Assembly (NCBI GenBank): GCA_028534125.1
Contig: CM052828.1
Span: forward strand, 53,196,228-53,260,000
DNA length: 63,773 bases
Reading direction: 5' to 3'
Source: Lama glama
Lineage: Eukaryota
Shown here: positions 13,101-26,700 of the stretch, in pieces
Layout: every line of letters starts with the position of its first letter
How positions within the stretch are numbered: position 1 is the first letter of the stretch
Position numbers and translations under genes: made by a program
Notes under the pieces: model-generated
What the model saw: the letters and a program-made list of their open reading frames with translations, nothing else
Told to the model about the DNA's origin: nothing
Database searches by the model: none

Positions 13101-16100
13101 NNNNNNNNNNNNNNNNNNNNNNNNNNNNNNNNNNNNNNNNNNNNAGGCTCAGACCTTGGCTGGCTTTTTCCTTATTTGCCTTTCTAGTCTTCGGTTATAA
13201 ATCTGTACGTTTGTTTCTGATCATAAAATGTAATCTTCCATATTAAATCGAAGCATGGAGTCAACAAACACTCAGAAAAATGTTGCTGGCGGTGGACTGT
13301 TTTCACACTAGCAGATTTGGCAGCCTGCACCCTCCCTTGATAAGAGCCTCGAAACAGCCGCCAGAGCTAATTAATGGCAGCTACAACTCAGAGAAGATGA
13401 AAAAGGAGTGGATCTCAAGTTGGTCTTGGCAAAACTTTCTGGTGTATGAAACTAGCACATCTCTGCATCTAGAGGTGTGGAGCTCTGACTGTTTTCATCC
13501 AGGTCACCTTGCTTGATTCTTGTTTTGGAGGAGAGACGAGTGTGAGCGTGAGTGTACCGAGTGGTAAACACAGACCCAAAGGCCATCCCAGCAGTAAAAG
13601 GCTAAAGACATAAAAAGCTAGAGATCTTAAGACACTTTGTTCTCATATTCAGGAACAATCTTCAAAATCCTCCTTAATGAGGTCATAAAAGAAAAAAATG
13701 GAACAAATGTTCCTTGTGTATCTCACTANNNNNNNNNNNNNNNNNNNNNNNNNNNNNNNNNNNNNNNNNNNNNNNNNNNNNNNNNNNNNNNNNNNNNNNN
13801 NNNNNNNNNNNNNNNNNNNNNNNNNNNNNNNNNNNNNNNNNNNNNNNNNNNNNNNNNNNNAGTAAATTTGTGATACTTTCTACTTAGCCATTGCTGAGGC
13901 TTAAAGTTCTTGATGCGTCATGCTGAGTATTAGCGTTTATCGGGCCTGCTTGGTTATGGTGAAGAGCAGCGCATGCTGCAGACAGCTCTCTAATCTTTGA
14001 CGAGCAGGGCCGGTCTTTAAACATGACCAGTATCTGGGATCTTGGCTCAGGGAAGAGCCTGTTCTCAGGTCGGTGGCAGAGAGAAATCTTGGTGTAAAAG
14101 AAGAAAGGAACTAACCGTAAGTACGATGGTGATTTACCATGGTGAGCGTTTTTAAAGGTACTGGATCTGCCTCTTACTCCGAAACTCACAGCTTGGGGAA
14201 GTTTCAGGGATAGCTCTTAAAGGAAACAAAAGCAAGAAAGGGACAAGTGAGGGCTACCAATGCGTGCTTTCACTGAGGCTGCTGTGGGAGAGTTGAAGAT
14301 TAGCACTGGGCTAATCAGTGCTGGTCAGGATCAGGTAGGAAACTGCATTCTACTGTCTTCTGCTGTCTTTTATTTACCAACTTTGTTGAGATGCTGTCAG
14401 AGATACGAAGGGACGTTTTAGTACTATGCTGTAGAAACCCAGTGGCAAATACTAACTCTCCTGGCTGTTGTGATCTAGAAACAGGTTAGGATATACTCAA
14501 AGCACTTCTTAAAAACTTAATCACAAATTTATTGTATTTTATTTGCTATTTTTGGAAAGGCGTACAATTTACTTTATTACAAATGCAAAGTCCACTAGGT
14601 GTCCATGCATTTAAGTGCCATTGAAAAGTTAGATTTGAGTTCTGATGGACCGGAACGGCTCCCAGGAGAACATTGTTGTGATTGTGTGAATCCCCTCTCC
14701 TTTGTGGTTTACTTACTAGATACACTGGGTGGTTCTTAAGACTGCTGCTCTCTGTCCTGTTAATTCAGCCACTGCACATGCGCATGAAGGCAACAGGTTC
14801 ATAGTCCTGACTTAAGAAGATAGTTTTGGGTATGGGTAGTTAGAATTGCTTCTTTTCCAGTTGAAGCACTTGTTTTTTGTTTTTCATTTGAAAGAGGGGT
14901 AGTCGGGTTTATCTTATTGAATTTATATATGAGATATGTTTATGTAAGTAAGGCAAGATTTCAGAACGAATTCTAAAGTATGTTTCATGATAATTACTGC
15001 TATCCTGCTATGAGTTTAATAGCCAATCATAGGAGTTTTAAAAATTGTTACTTTAAAATGAATAAGATGTCAGACTTCTCGTTGATTCTTTTTTGGTACT
15101 GTTCCCAGATTAAGAATCCAAAGACAAGCCCGTTCACCCATCAGATAATATTTATGAAACTCCTACTTTATGCCAGGCTCATAGTGTTGTATCACCATTA
15201 TTAAAATTAATTGGGTTTTAATTTATATTTACAGTGATTATTATAAATATTGGAAACCCCTAAGTATCCTAGCTTTTGATAATCAGCTTTCAGTCTCTGT
15301 GAGAGTGAGTGTGTTCTTTTGAAACACGTTTATGAACAGAATACTTAGGCCTGACCATAGTTCTTGGAGTGCTAACTGACATTGCTTGATTGATAGATTT
15401 TTCCAGATTTGAAACTGGAGAGAGCCCTGGAGGCAGAATGGTGTCATGGAAAGGACACAGGCCGTCACTTACGTTTCCTCACCTGAAAGGGAAGAGCTCA
15501 GGGACTGGTGTGTGAATTAAGTTCTCTGAATATAGTAAAGCGGCCAGCACCTGGTTTGTCCAGCATGGAATCCCCTGGGAGTCCCACTCCCTTATTCCTA
15601 AGAAATAGGTACCCACAGGGCCTCAAGCGTTTACATTCTAAGTCCCACCATGCACACTCAGGGGCAGGGAAATTATCTGGTCATTACCTCTCTGTGCCAC
15701 CAAAAAGGGAGCAGGGATGTATATTTAGAATCTCATTCTTGTGGAAAATACCTCAAAGACTTTTTAGACCCAGAGAATACCTGCCTCATTTACTTATTTG
15801 AAGAGTAATTGCAGATATTTTAAATATTTCCCTACAGTGGAAATCTTCCAAATGTTGCTTTTTTTCACAAAAGCAGTGTGATGATTGCTGAAAAGAAAGA
15901 GGCCACATCCTTAATTTCCTCAACAAAATCAAGCCTGCCACCACCTGCCAAACCTGCTCAAGTTTTTTCCAGAGCTGCAGGTTCTTTTTCAGATAAAAAT
16001 AGGGGGCAGGCAGGGTAGAAGGTCTTCTCATAAAATTGGAGGATTGTGGTCATCTGGGCACCTTGTCTTCTGAAACCAAGTGGAAGAAAGAATGAACAGA

Positions 16101-19100
16101 AGCACATTTCAGTCTCCTCCAAATCCCCCTGAGGTCAGATCTAGGATCCAGAAAGTAGCAGGAGGAAGCCACCTACTCTTAGCAGGTGAACTGTTTCCTT
16201 TGAAACATAGGCAAGTAAGCGATCTGGGCTTTAAAAACCCCTAGTTCCCTCTCCCACAGCCAGCTGTACAAAGTGCTAGCTGAAGAAAGTTGTCCTTTCC
16301 CCTTAGAATAGATCTCACAGAAAATGGTACTTTTTGGTCTTTATTTACAGAGGATGTTAGAATTAATATTACAGAGCCCATTACACTGCTTTTTACTGTG
16401 TTTGGTGAGTAGTCCTCAAAATCCATTCAGTATCAATTCAGTCCCTCTTAATACTTAAAACAAGTTTTCTGAAACATCCAAGGCAGTTGTTGCTTCTGCT
16501 TTGGAACGCGGAGAACTTCCTGCATAATTATGTTCTGGCAGTTCTAGGGCTTGCTGTTTGAGAGCTGCAGAAAGCATAATGGCAGGACCATCCAGTTGTC
16601 TTCCTCCTGTAGATTAGGATGAAGGGCAGCATTAAAGGTTCTCTCTCATCATAAGCTCGAAACAAGTAGCACTGGAAAGAACGATTCAGACTGATTTGTC
16701 TTGTCTTTTAAACGTGTGTGCCCTAAACAGGGGAGGGTGTTTCTGCGTGCTGTAGTGTGCCTTACACACTGTTGGTGACCAGCAAGTGTACTCAGCTGTT
16801 TACATGGAGATAATGTTTATATGACCTTAGCCCAAAGGGCCTCTACTTGATGCTTAAGGAACAGACACAGGCAGCAGTGTGGTAATGCTTGCCTTCAGTG
16901 TCTCTCTGAGGCATCGTTTCATCTGGTAAGGTGTGTACTTTTGGACACCTAGGTCTGTTCGGGGCTGAATATTTTCAGAGTGTGACGGGCTTTGGAAGAG
17001 TACATAAATGGGAGGGGAGGAAAGAGAGGCACAGAAGATGCACCATCACTCCTTCTGTCCCCAGAAGGGACCAGAGGAAGTATGAGTGCCCGCTGGCTCG
17101 TTGGTGAGACCCTCAAGAGTCATTGGAAGATTCTTTTTCTCTCTGTCAATTAGCGAAGCATGATTTTCCCCTGTGGATAAAGTTGAGAAAGAGGAGCACC
17201 ACATCCTGGGCCACTTTCCGCTGGTACTTGAGTATTTCGCATGTGTGACTGTTCTGACTCCCCAGGGCCACCCCCCCCCATCAGTACCATTACCAGGTCA
17301 GCCACCGGCCCGAGGGTGACAGGTGCTTTTGGGCCCCATCTTTCCAAAGGCTTGTCCCTGGACCCATGGGTCTAGAGGTGCACCTGCAGGTGCGCAGGAA
17401 ACCAGCCTCTCGGTTGGGCAGCCGAGGCCTTACGTTCCTGCCTTAATGGATTCCATTCGACACCTGGGTTCGCCTTTTAAAGTTGGATTAGCAAATGTGG
17501 TGGAACCGATCACCACCAGGGTCTGCGAGGGCATGGGCAGCATGGCAGGCAGGAGGTGCAGAAAATGGGCCTTACTGGGGTCAGCCCTGGCACCAGCCAG
17601 GTCTGCACACAAAGCGCTTGGCTACCTTGCTGACCTCTTAGCTGGTGAGGACCCAGGACTGCCACGTGAAGCGCTTCTCCTTTGTTTTCCTCAGGACAGG
17701 CCAAGAAGAGGGGCAAGGTGGGTCCCTCTCCGAGTGGAGACAGGGTGAGACTCAGGGACAGGAGGCTGGCCACACAAGGGCCCCAGAGGTCCAGGGAGCA
17801 ACAGAGCAGGCCAAGACAATTCTTCAGGGATGCCAAGGGCAGATGCCACAGTGAGCAGGACCCTGGGAACATGGCTGAGGGGGAGGCAGCACAGGACCAG
17901 CCTGTGAGAGACAGCTCCCCGGGGCCCCAGAAAGCACTTCCTTAGGAGGGCTTCAAGGGAGAGGCGTTGAGGGTTTTGACATTGTACTTCAGCAGTATAG
18001 GTAGGTCGCACTCTGTAAGGAGACATAAACCTGGACAGAAAAGTTATAAGGGTTGGTATAGTCAGAATAAGGCTAGCAAACCTTACTTATAAGCTAAAAT
18101 GATTTTAATTTCTTGACTTAAATAAAAAGCCTAGCAGCAGAATACATGACTGTCTGGCGTGCTTTAAAAAAATGAAGCATGCCTCAAAGCATCAAATCAC
18201 TGATGATTCCACCGAAAGAACAGAAACATTGCGATTTGCAATGTGGTGGACCATGGAGAAGGCCACGCACTGGTTTCAGAAGTGTGGGAAGGCAGAGGTT
18301 GGGGGGTGGGGGGACATTAGCAGGAGAGTTCTGATGGACAGGTCTAATGTAGAGAGTGTGGGAAACCATGGACAGTGGCAATGCTGCATGATGAGGGGAG
18401 GGGAACCTAGAAATCTCCTGGTAAAAAGAAGGCCTGTGCTGTCACTTCGGACTTCTTTGTTTTCTAGCTAAGAAGTAAACTGAATAACAAACTCCACACC
18501 AAAATGGCTTCACATTGCTGGAGCATTTCAGGACCTGTACTTCAGACTTTAGTAGAACTGTCACTTACTTGCTTCTCCATTGGAGGCTTAAGGGGATGAC
18601 ATCATCAAACACCGGAAGTGTCGGTATACTTGCATGAATAGTATGGGCAGCTTTGGATTTTTGCAGTATATTCTGCTGGGGCCTTGTTTTTGTTGAGGGT
18701 ATATTTTTGGGTATTTCTTTTTCTTTTTCTTTTTCCTCTTTTTTGGATGTAGTGTATTATGTAAAGACTCTTGAATCTTTTCAGACAAAATGTTTTAAGG
18801 ATTTCAGTATTGTATGGCAGCGTTTTAAAGAGGTTTTTTTCTTTCTTTGCTTTTCAGAGAGAAATCAGTTTCCTCTGTATCTTGAGCTGTATCCAAAGGA
18901 GGACTATGATAATGAGTCACTGTTTTGTAATTTTGCTATTTTAAGTGACTTTTAAATAAAACCTGTACCCCAGTTCTTGATCTCTGAGAGCATGACCATA
19001 AACTAGGTGCTGTAAATATCTTGAGAGCTTAAAAATAGAGCTAAAACATGAAAACACAGTATGTAGTAAAAGAGGCATTTATTGCCTTTCAGTTTCTGCA

Positions 19101-20967
19101 GGACAACTTTATACTTCACTCAAAGATACTTAAAAATATGTTGGCTTCCTGAGAAATTTCCTGATTGTGTCGCTGTGTTCATTTTCATGATTAACAGAGG
19201 ACACTGGTTAGTAAGCAGTGTAATTCTACTTGCTCTTCTAATTTTTAAAAATTCTTTACAAATAATTATTATCACTATTTTATATTTAATTAGCATCTGT
19301 TATGTGCCAGGCATACATAGAGCCGGGGTCAGCAAAAAGAGTGCTTCCTAAAATCATAGTTCATAAAATCAGTTCTTCTTCTCTATTTTCCCCTCTCAAA
19401 TATTACCTCCTGTTCTGCCTTATCATTGTGACCAGTAATTTAGATTGATTTTTTAGATCTTAGAGTCCCAGTGATGTCCTGTGCAGTAGGGATGGTTAGA
19501 GAGGAGAAAATCTTAAGAAATTTTCATCACTGGGGAGTTGACTCTATCAGGAAAATTAACAGACTTGTTCGTGTAGACAAGGAGGGCTGCTCAAGCTGAA
19601 CTGAATGAACCCTGCTGTAATTTGAACGCTTGAAACCCTTTCTACTTTATGATCAAAATTACTGCCTTAACTTCCTCCTTCTCCTCATTTGCCTATTTCC
19701 CTTGCTTTTTATCTTGTGCACAACCAGTGTACAGCATGGTGGTGTTTAACTACTTCCTGAAGGCATTATTAGTCATCAGGAGCCCTCGTTCCTTACAGAT
19801 GTAGATAAATGGGTGTTCAGCCCATCAACTGCAAGTTGGACTAATTTGGAAAATACGGTTCCTCTCCTCAAAAGAAACAGCTCATGCTCCTTTGGACACT
19901 TTTATAAGACAGCTGTGTGCACTTCCCTGCTCATTCTGAACAGCTGGAATCAGTGTGTCTGGCTAGATGCTACAACTGGAATTTAACTCTCAATGGCGAG
20001 GCCGTTGCACCTAGGATGTCTGTCCCCCAGAAAGGTGGGGAAAAGCTGTACCAGTTCCGTCTCCCTTCGAGCTTTTGGTATGCTTTTGACTTTTCTTCCT
20101 CATGATTGTTCCTGGGTAGAGTGTAATCCCGAATCTCTCACCCGGTGTTGTCTCATCATCTTAAAGGAAAGAAGAAAACGATGAGGAATATTTGAATGTG
20201 CCTGACTTTTATTTTGTTCAGACCCACACTGAATGAGACAAAGAGGTTAAAATATTTTCTTATTCCATCGGAGTAAGCATAAAAACCTACAATCTTTTTA
20301 TCTTTTAAAAGAAAAATAACCTCCTCTGTGGATTTCTGGTTCGTTTGTTCCACCCTGCTCTGCCTTTTTTTAGTCAAATACTGTCTGGACTTTTGGGAGC
20401 CAATTTCCTCCCTCCTCCCTCCCTCCCCTCCCCCACCCCTACTCTGTGGTCGCGAAAAGAGCAGGGAGCCCGTAGGAGACTGACTTTCTGGGTTTTGTAT
20501 TTAAAAGGAGGATGAAATGCCAGATATACTTAGAAACACAAAACTGAGCTGTTAAAAGAAATTTATTGGTGTCACGATAAGAGGAATAAGCCAAATTGAG
20601 GGGTTTTTTTTAAATGCCGCAAGTAGAGGAGAATATACTGTTGCCTTTTGTGATTTACACCAAACTGACTTTTCATTACTTCAGCACAAAGTAGTAGATG
20701 TGGCAGTGACTTCAAGCTTCCCAAATTAACAAGTGATATTAAAAAAAAAAAGAGAGAATGAAAAAGAATCCCATAGGAAGGGAGCCAGGAGCCCTGGAAG
20801 CTTCCTACTTGGTGATGTCACTCACTAAGAACCAGGACTGGTGGGTGCACCGGCCTGCGATTCAAAGCTGGGTACTACTCTGTAACTTGGGTCCTGCATC
20901 TGTGAAACTTGGTCTCCAGGGTAAATGAGTTTGTCTATGGCTAAACCCTTTGAGAAGTATTCTAAAC

Positions 20968-21315
20968 CAGGGTCCATGGACCGAATCCTGCCTGCCGCCT
21001 ATTTTTGTATAGCTCTCAAACTAAGAATGTTTTTTCCAGAGGAATGATTTGAGGATGGGGAACATTACCTTTGAACTCTAATTAAGCAAAATGCTATCCC
21101 CTCCAAAAGGAGTGTCATTCTTCTCATGAGTAGAACTGTATTACCAAAAAAGTGTACTCAATTTAATTTTGAGTTTTGTTACTACAAAATGTGTGGAAAT
21201 TTCCATTCCCTCTTATTATACAAGTTCCTATATAATATCCTTGAGTTTGTCTCTCAGCTCACAAGTCTGCAATATTTACTGTCTGGCCCCTGTAGATAAA
21301 GTTTACTGAGCCCTG
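20968..21315. mobile_element. MER58-family hAT-Charlie MITE with 8-bp TSD
   Basis: Ends cagggtc...gagccctg; internal aatatttactgtctggcccc; TSD ttctaaac (20960-20967) and ttgtaaac (21316-21323), fitting the Charlie NTCTARAN target. Confidence 0.85.
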
Positions 21316-22859
21316 TTGTAAACTGTCACGTAGAAAAAATTTTGAAGAGAAAAAAAGGCATTTTCACTGTCATTCTTTTTTTTTTTTTAGAGTGAAGCCA
21401 ATGTGGATATGAGTTAATATTCTTCAGCTTGTGTAATGTCCTGTAAAAACTGTTATCAATTGTGAAATATGGCATAATACTATCAGCTGCTTCCTGTGTG
21501 AAAATTTATGATTACAGAATAAAATAAACCTGTGTTTCCCTATATAAAATAGGTGGCAATAATAGTACCTATTTCATAGGAGTTTTGAAAGGATTTAGTG
21601 AGATAATACAAAGGACTCAATAGATGTTTAAAAAAACAACAACAACAAAGTCTACCATTGAGGACTTAAATTTGTTTGCCTTAGTATGTATGAGTCCTGG
21701 TAGTTTTCATTTTAACACTTTGTATCTGTGTATAGACAAGTGCACTACCCCTTGTGCACTGGAGGTCCCCAAATAATGCTCTTGTAAGCATCAGATAATG
21801 CAAAATATAATCTGATTGTATATCCTTTCAACACGATTCTGATTTTAAAGGAACACTCTATCTGTTTAAGAAGAATTATTATTTAAGTCCTTATACATTT
21901 CTAAGATGATTTTTAAAGTACAAATAAATCTTACTGGAGAGTGAAAAAGGGAGTTTTTTAGGTCAGAATATTTTAGGATGTTGAGTGTCACTGTTTTGAT
22001 CACCATCTGTGACGGAGTACAGAATTGGAGGAAAAAGGACACTGTCTTGGTATTTCCAATAGTTGGTGTTTATACCTGGAGGTCCCCTACATGGAAGAAG
22101 GCAAGAGATAAGAATAGAGGTGGGCATGGCATTTGCAAAGAAAGAAAATCACTGGTAAGGAGATGAACTCAGTCTTTCTCATTATGCTGTCCTCAGTGGA
22201 CTTTTTGCCTCTGGAGTTTGTCCTCCCACCTCCAGGGCCCCATCTCTTGTCACCACCTTTGAGAAGCCTTCTCAGAACCTCTCCTCCCACTGTTTTCCAA
22301 CCAGTGTTAGAATTTGCCCTCTTACCTTAGAGACCCTGGGCTCCCTAGCTAGACCTCAGCTTCCTGCAGGCCGATGCTCTCCTGCCCATTTGGATATCCT
22401 GGCCTGGCTTAGGTGTCCAGTATCTATTTGTTGAATCAATGAAACAGTGAATAAAAATTTATCTAACATTAAAATAAAATGAATGGCAAAATCCTTTTGA
22501 TTTTTGTCTCTTCTCAGATGTAGTGTGCATAGATAATCATGAAACGTTATTGTAGAGCTGATGACAAATTCACAGATGAGTCAGAATGTATACATAGCTT
22601 ATCCAGGCATTAAGTTCTGAAGACTTGGAGGGTATTAGAGAGGAAACATAAATCCAATGTCTTTATTTTCTGTGGTGCCAACCTTTAGCATGGAAGTGGG
22701 CTCCCAGTCCCCTTGGTAGGTTTGTTTCCCAGGTGTGACAGAGTGCCTGCCACCATCCGTCTTTGTGGGTGTGTGAACAGCATGCCCTAGGCGACACTGT
22801 TCCAGACCCACGTGTCTAGGTCACGGAGGTCAGGGAAGACGAAGTTGGATGTCTTATCC

Positions 22860-23050
22860 TTAATGGTAGTAGATGTTATTGATCGGACTTTCTGTATGTG
22901 AGGCATTTTATCAGGTGTGTTATGTGCATCGTTTCATTAGACTTCTCACAACAGTCCTATTATATCCGATTCATAATATGAATCTGAGATTGAGAAGTTA
23001 AGTAACACACTTTAAGGGGTCACCAGATCCAGGTCTGCTCTGAGTTCAAC
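22860..23050 (-). mobile_element. MIR SINE fragment
   Basis: ctcacaacagtcctat...gaatctgagattgagaagttaagtaac. Confidence 0.55.
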
Positions 23051-23319
23051 AAAAACTGAACTCACAGAGTTAGGAATTGTGTCCTGGTCACCACACGCCC
23101 TTGTTCTTCTCTAAACTCATTGTGGAGTCATCGCACATTCACGGATATGGCTAGGCTGCTAGCTGAAAGAGACGAGTGAGGCAAATTGCAAAACAAGGAG
23201 GACGTCCAGCTTTTAGAAAGTGCTAGTTCCTGTGTACCTCAGTTCCTTTTAGCCTTTTTTGGTGGCTTATGTGGAATCACATGCAAGTTAAATCCATTGA
23301 GTACCACGTGCTGGAAGTT

Positions 23320-23720
23320 CCAGGCAATGAGAAATGAGCTTCATGGTAATTAAGAATGAAGTTAAGGAAGAAAATTTTATTGTTAATCAAGGGCTTAATT
23401 GCCTCTGGGACATTTTAAATAAATGCCATGCCATACTTAAGCAGCGATGTTCCGTAAGTGAGATGCAAAAATTCTTTAATTAAACCATTGCGGGTATTCC
23501 CTGATTGAAATATCTGCCTTTATCTTCATAGTTAATCCTTCATGATTCATGTAACAACTCAATCAAGGACTGAGTAAATTAAGGGCTCCTTGAAAGAACA
23601 AATCAATTATATAAAAATTGATTGAAATTATTTCTGGAGCAATCTTCATTGTACGTATTTGTATTGATCACAGCCTATTTTTGGTGCATTTTCTGTTTAT
23701 TGGTCTTGTAGAATAAGCTG
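23320..23720. promoter_or_regulatory. Candidate conserved developmental enhancer
   Basis: Non-repetitive AT-rich block with three TGATTGA/TCAATCA sites (23502, 23559, 23619), TAATCC (23533) and several TAATT cores; function inferred only. Confidence 0.4.
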
Positions 23721-26700
23721 TTTTTCAGCCTGCAGGGGATACTTTATGGCTTTAGTATGGTTTAGGGCAGACAGTCATTAGAAGAATTTGTCTGAGAAAA
23801 GGAACAAATGTAAGGGTTTCTCGGCCATTGAGAAACTCAGTGATGATGACTTGGATGGTTCCTACAATTTAACCAGGAAGGCAGTTGGTAAGCAAGTTGG
23901 TCAACACACGTGAGTGTGGCCCCATGCCAGGCCTTGCTGAATGCTGATCAGCTTGTATCAGTGCCCACAAGCCAAAGGGCCAAGTTCTTATTGCCAACTC
24001 AACAGACCCAGAGATTCACACCCACAGAGCCAGATTCAGAAACAGGCTAAGGGGATTTGCTATCTCTATCATCATACATAGGAAAAACAAAAACAAAATA
24101 ATAAAAACTTACGGTTTCCAAAAGTTCTGACTTATGAGATTGTTCGCTTTGGCAGGAGCACCTGACACAGAGCTCAGTAAATTTTTTAAATGCAGGAGTG
24201 GTTTGTTTTGCTAAGCTACCACTGTGACTTCATTTAATTCTTAAAAAGAGAAAAGTTGCCAAAATATTAAAACATACAGTCATTTCTATTTTTAAAATTT
24301 TATTTAGATTGGGTAATCAGCAGATAATTTAAATAAGTCATCAAATAATGGTGTTCTGTAGAATGGTTGCATACTGAAATTTTTATACCTTCTATTTTTC
24401 AGGGCTCTTGATATAATACAACTGAGCCTTTGAAAAGTGGTTTCATTTTCAAATAAACACACTTACAGGTGCACTGTGTGAACTGCATACTTGAAAAAAG
24501 GAAATGAGGGGAGGAAAGAAAAATATTTGAAGTCATATTTTCATAAAGGCTCTGTGTTGTTCAACATGTGTTGGCCAAATCAGGCCAGGCTCAAAATGAC
24601 AGATCGGGTTTTGCCTCCTATCTGGGGCTGCGCCCTCCCCCCAGCTGGTGTGTCCCCGGAAGGGCCTCTCCTCCTCCAGAATCCCTGCTCTGGGCATATA
24701 AGAAAGCCTGTGTGGTACCCACCAGCTGCAGAAGGGCCCCTGTGATGGGTTAGATGGGAAATCACACTCAATTCTTTGGCAGTGTCTGGAAACCTAGCAT
24801 TGTGATGTCACTGTGAGAATAGAAATCCCTTCAGAATTCTGCATGATGATTCAGAGCAATTAATTCTGTTCTAATTTTCATGCCCCGGGAAGAACTCTAT
24901 TTATATAAACTTGGTCGGAGATAAGCGTATCTGCACGTAGTCTGTGAAGAAAGGAAAATGAGCCATGTACTCCAGAGCAAAACTAAATGCCTTGCTCTTC
25001 AGCCTGTTTCCAGATGATTAAAGTTTATGTAAAGAAATGCTGGTGAGCCCAGGAAAAGGAACTGATATCTTAGCATTCTTTTGTATTAATTTTTGTTTGG
25101 ATTCTTTAATGTCATATAAATATATTCATGAAATCACTTTCTCTGACTCTACTACGTTTGCCTTTGGGAGCTCAGTGGTAAATACACAACTGGCATGAAT
25201 CCCGAGAGGCTCCAGGTTCTCATGAGAAGTTGGCCCCTGCCCTTTTTTTTTTTTTGCAAGCCTAGGATGCCTGTGAACATGTTCCCTTAAGCCCCAATCA
25301 CTCCCTGATTGAGTTCAGAGGGTTTCAAGTCATCTCAAGAAAATCCCCATCTGAACACCATGTTGCAGGGCTGGTATTGGCAGTTTTTGTGGCCACGTGG
25401 GCTCTGTTTGATCCTTCCCCCTCGGCGTCTGTCTTGTAGGTTCTATATTCTGGACTTGCCTTAGTTCATATGCTCCCAGAGAAGGTATCAAGAGCAACTT
25501 GATGCCCATATTGTAACTTAACGAGCTGGAAAGTCCTGAGGTATAGATGCTACACCTCTCAGACTGAGATTTTTGATTCAGAGACAGGTTGCCTGTAGAC
25601 AACTTCCCAGAGGCTCTGACTACTTGAGACACAGATTGTAATCACAGTAATTAGCGCTGAATTTTCAAGTCCTGCTCTCCAGCTTGACCTGGCAGCATTT
25701 AGCCAGCATGCACACAGCTGGATCAATGGCAGGAATCGAAGGGCCCAGTTGTAGGGCTGCTCCCGGCAGCCTGTGGTGGGCACCATCCCTGAGGAATTCC
25801 AGGGGAGCATCAGGGACCAGGGAGCAGTGAGGAGACCTGGGGTTCAAGAGGGAAGAAATATGATATTGATAAGCACCTGTCAGTGGGAATTGTTACAGGG
25901 GACAGATCACAGTACAGACTTTTGTCTAAATTCATTACTGATGATTTGTTTTTTCTCCCTCTTCCTTAATGTAGCTTTGGGTGTTCCTAAAATGTCCCTT
26001 GTTAAAAGTTTACACTTCTTTTCCCTAAGATTAAGTACTTGCCTATCTTAATCCAAAGGCTAGTGAAAAAAAAAAACCACTAAAAAAGTAAAAAAATATA
26101 GGACATGAAACAGATACTTTGGTGGATCAAAAATAAAGGTGTTTTTTTTTTCTTTAGCCTGACACCTGGCCTTCAGGCGGGGCAGCACGGTTGTGGCCAG
26201 GCAGCCCTGGTGCCTGATGGTGAAGTAAATTACCTGGGAGTCTGGCAGCAGCGGTGGTGGGGAGACGGGAAACCAAGCTCAGGTAAACCGCAGGGCACTT
26301 CTGTCACTCACTTGCTTTCCCATGGAGCGTGTGGCCTCACCAGGGCAGCTAGAGGATAAGGGTGATAAGAATACGGGTGGGATGTCAGACTCTCTGCCCC
26401 CACCCGTTGAGGGTAATGATTTTGAACAGATGCTTGAAGACTGAGCACTGAATAATAATAAATAGGTTTAAACTTACAGGAAATACTTAACTCATGACAC
26501 AAAACCACTTGAGCATATATAGTATCTCTAACACGATGGTCAGTATAGTTGAAGAAGCATGGGCGGCAGATTTTTTTAAATGGCATCTTTTTTTAAAAGT
26601 TGGTTCTACTAAAGAAGGAAGCAGGATTGGTTCCATTCTGCCCTTTTGCATCAGGAGTTCAAATAAGGTTAAACTTGGAGGGAGTGCTTTTGCATTTTTC

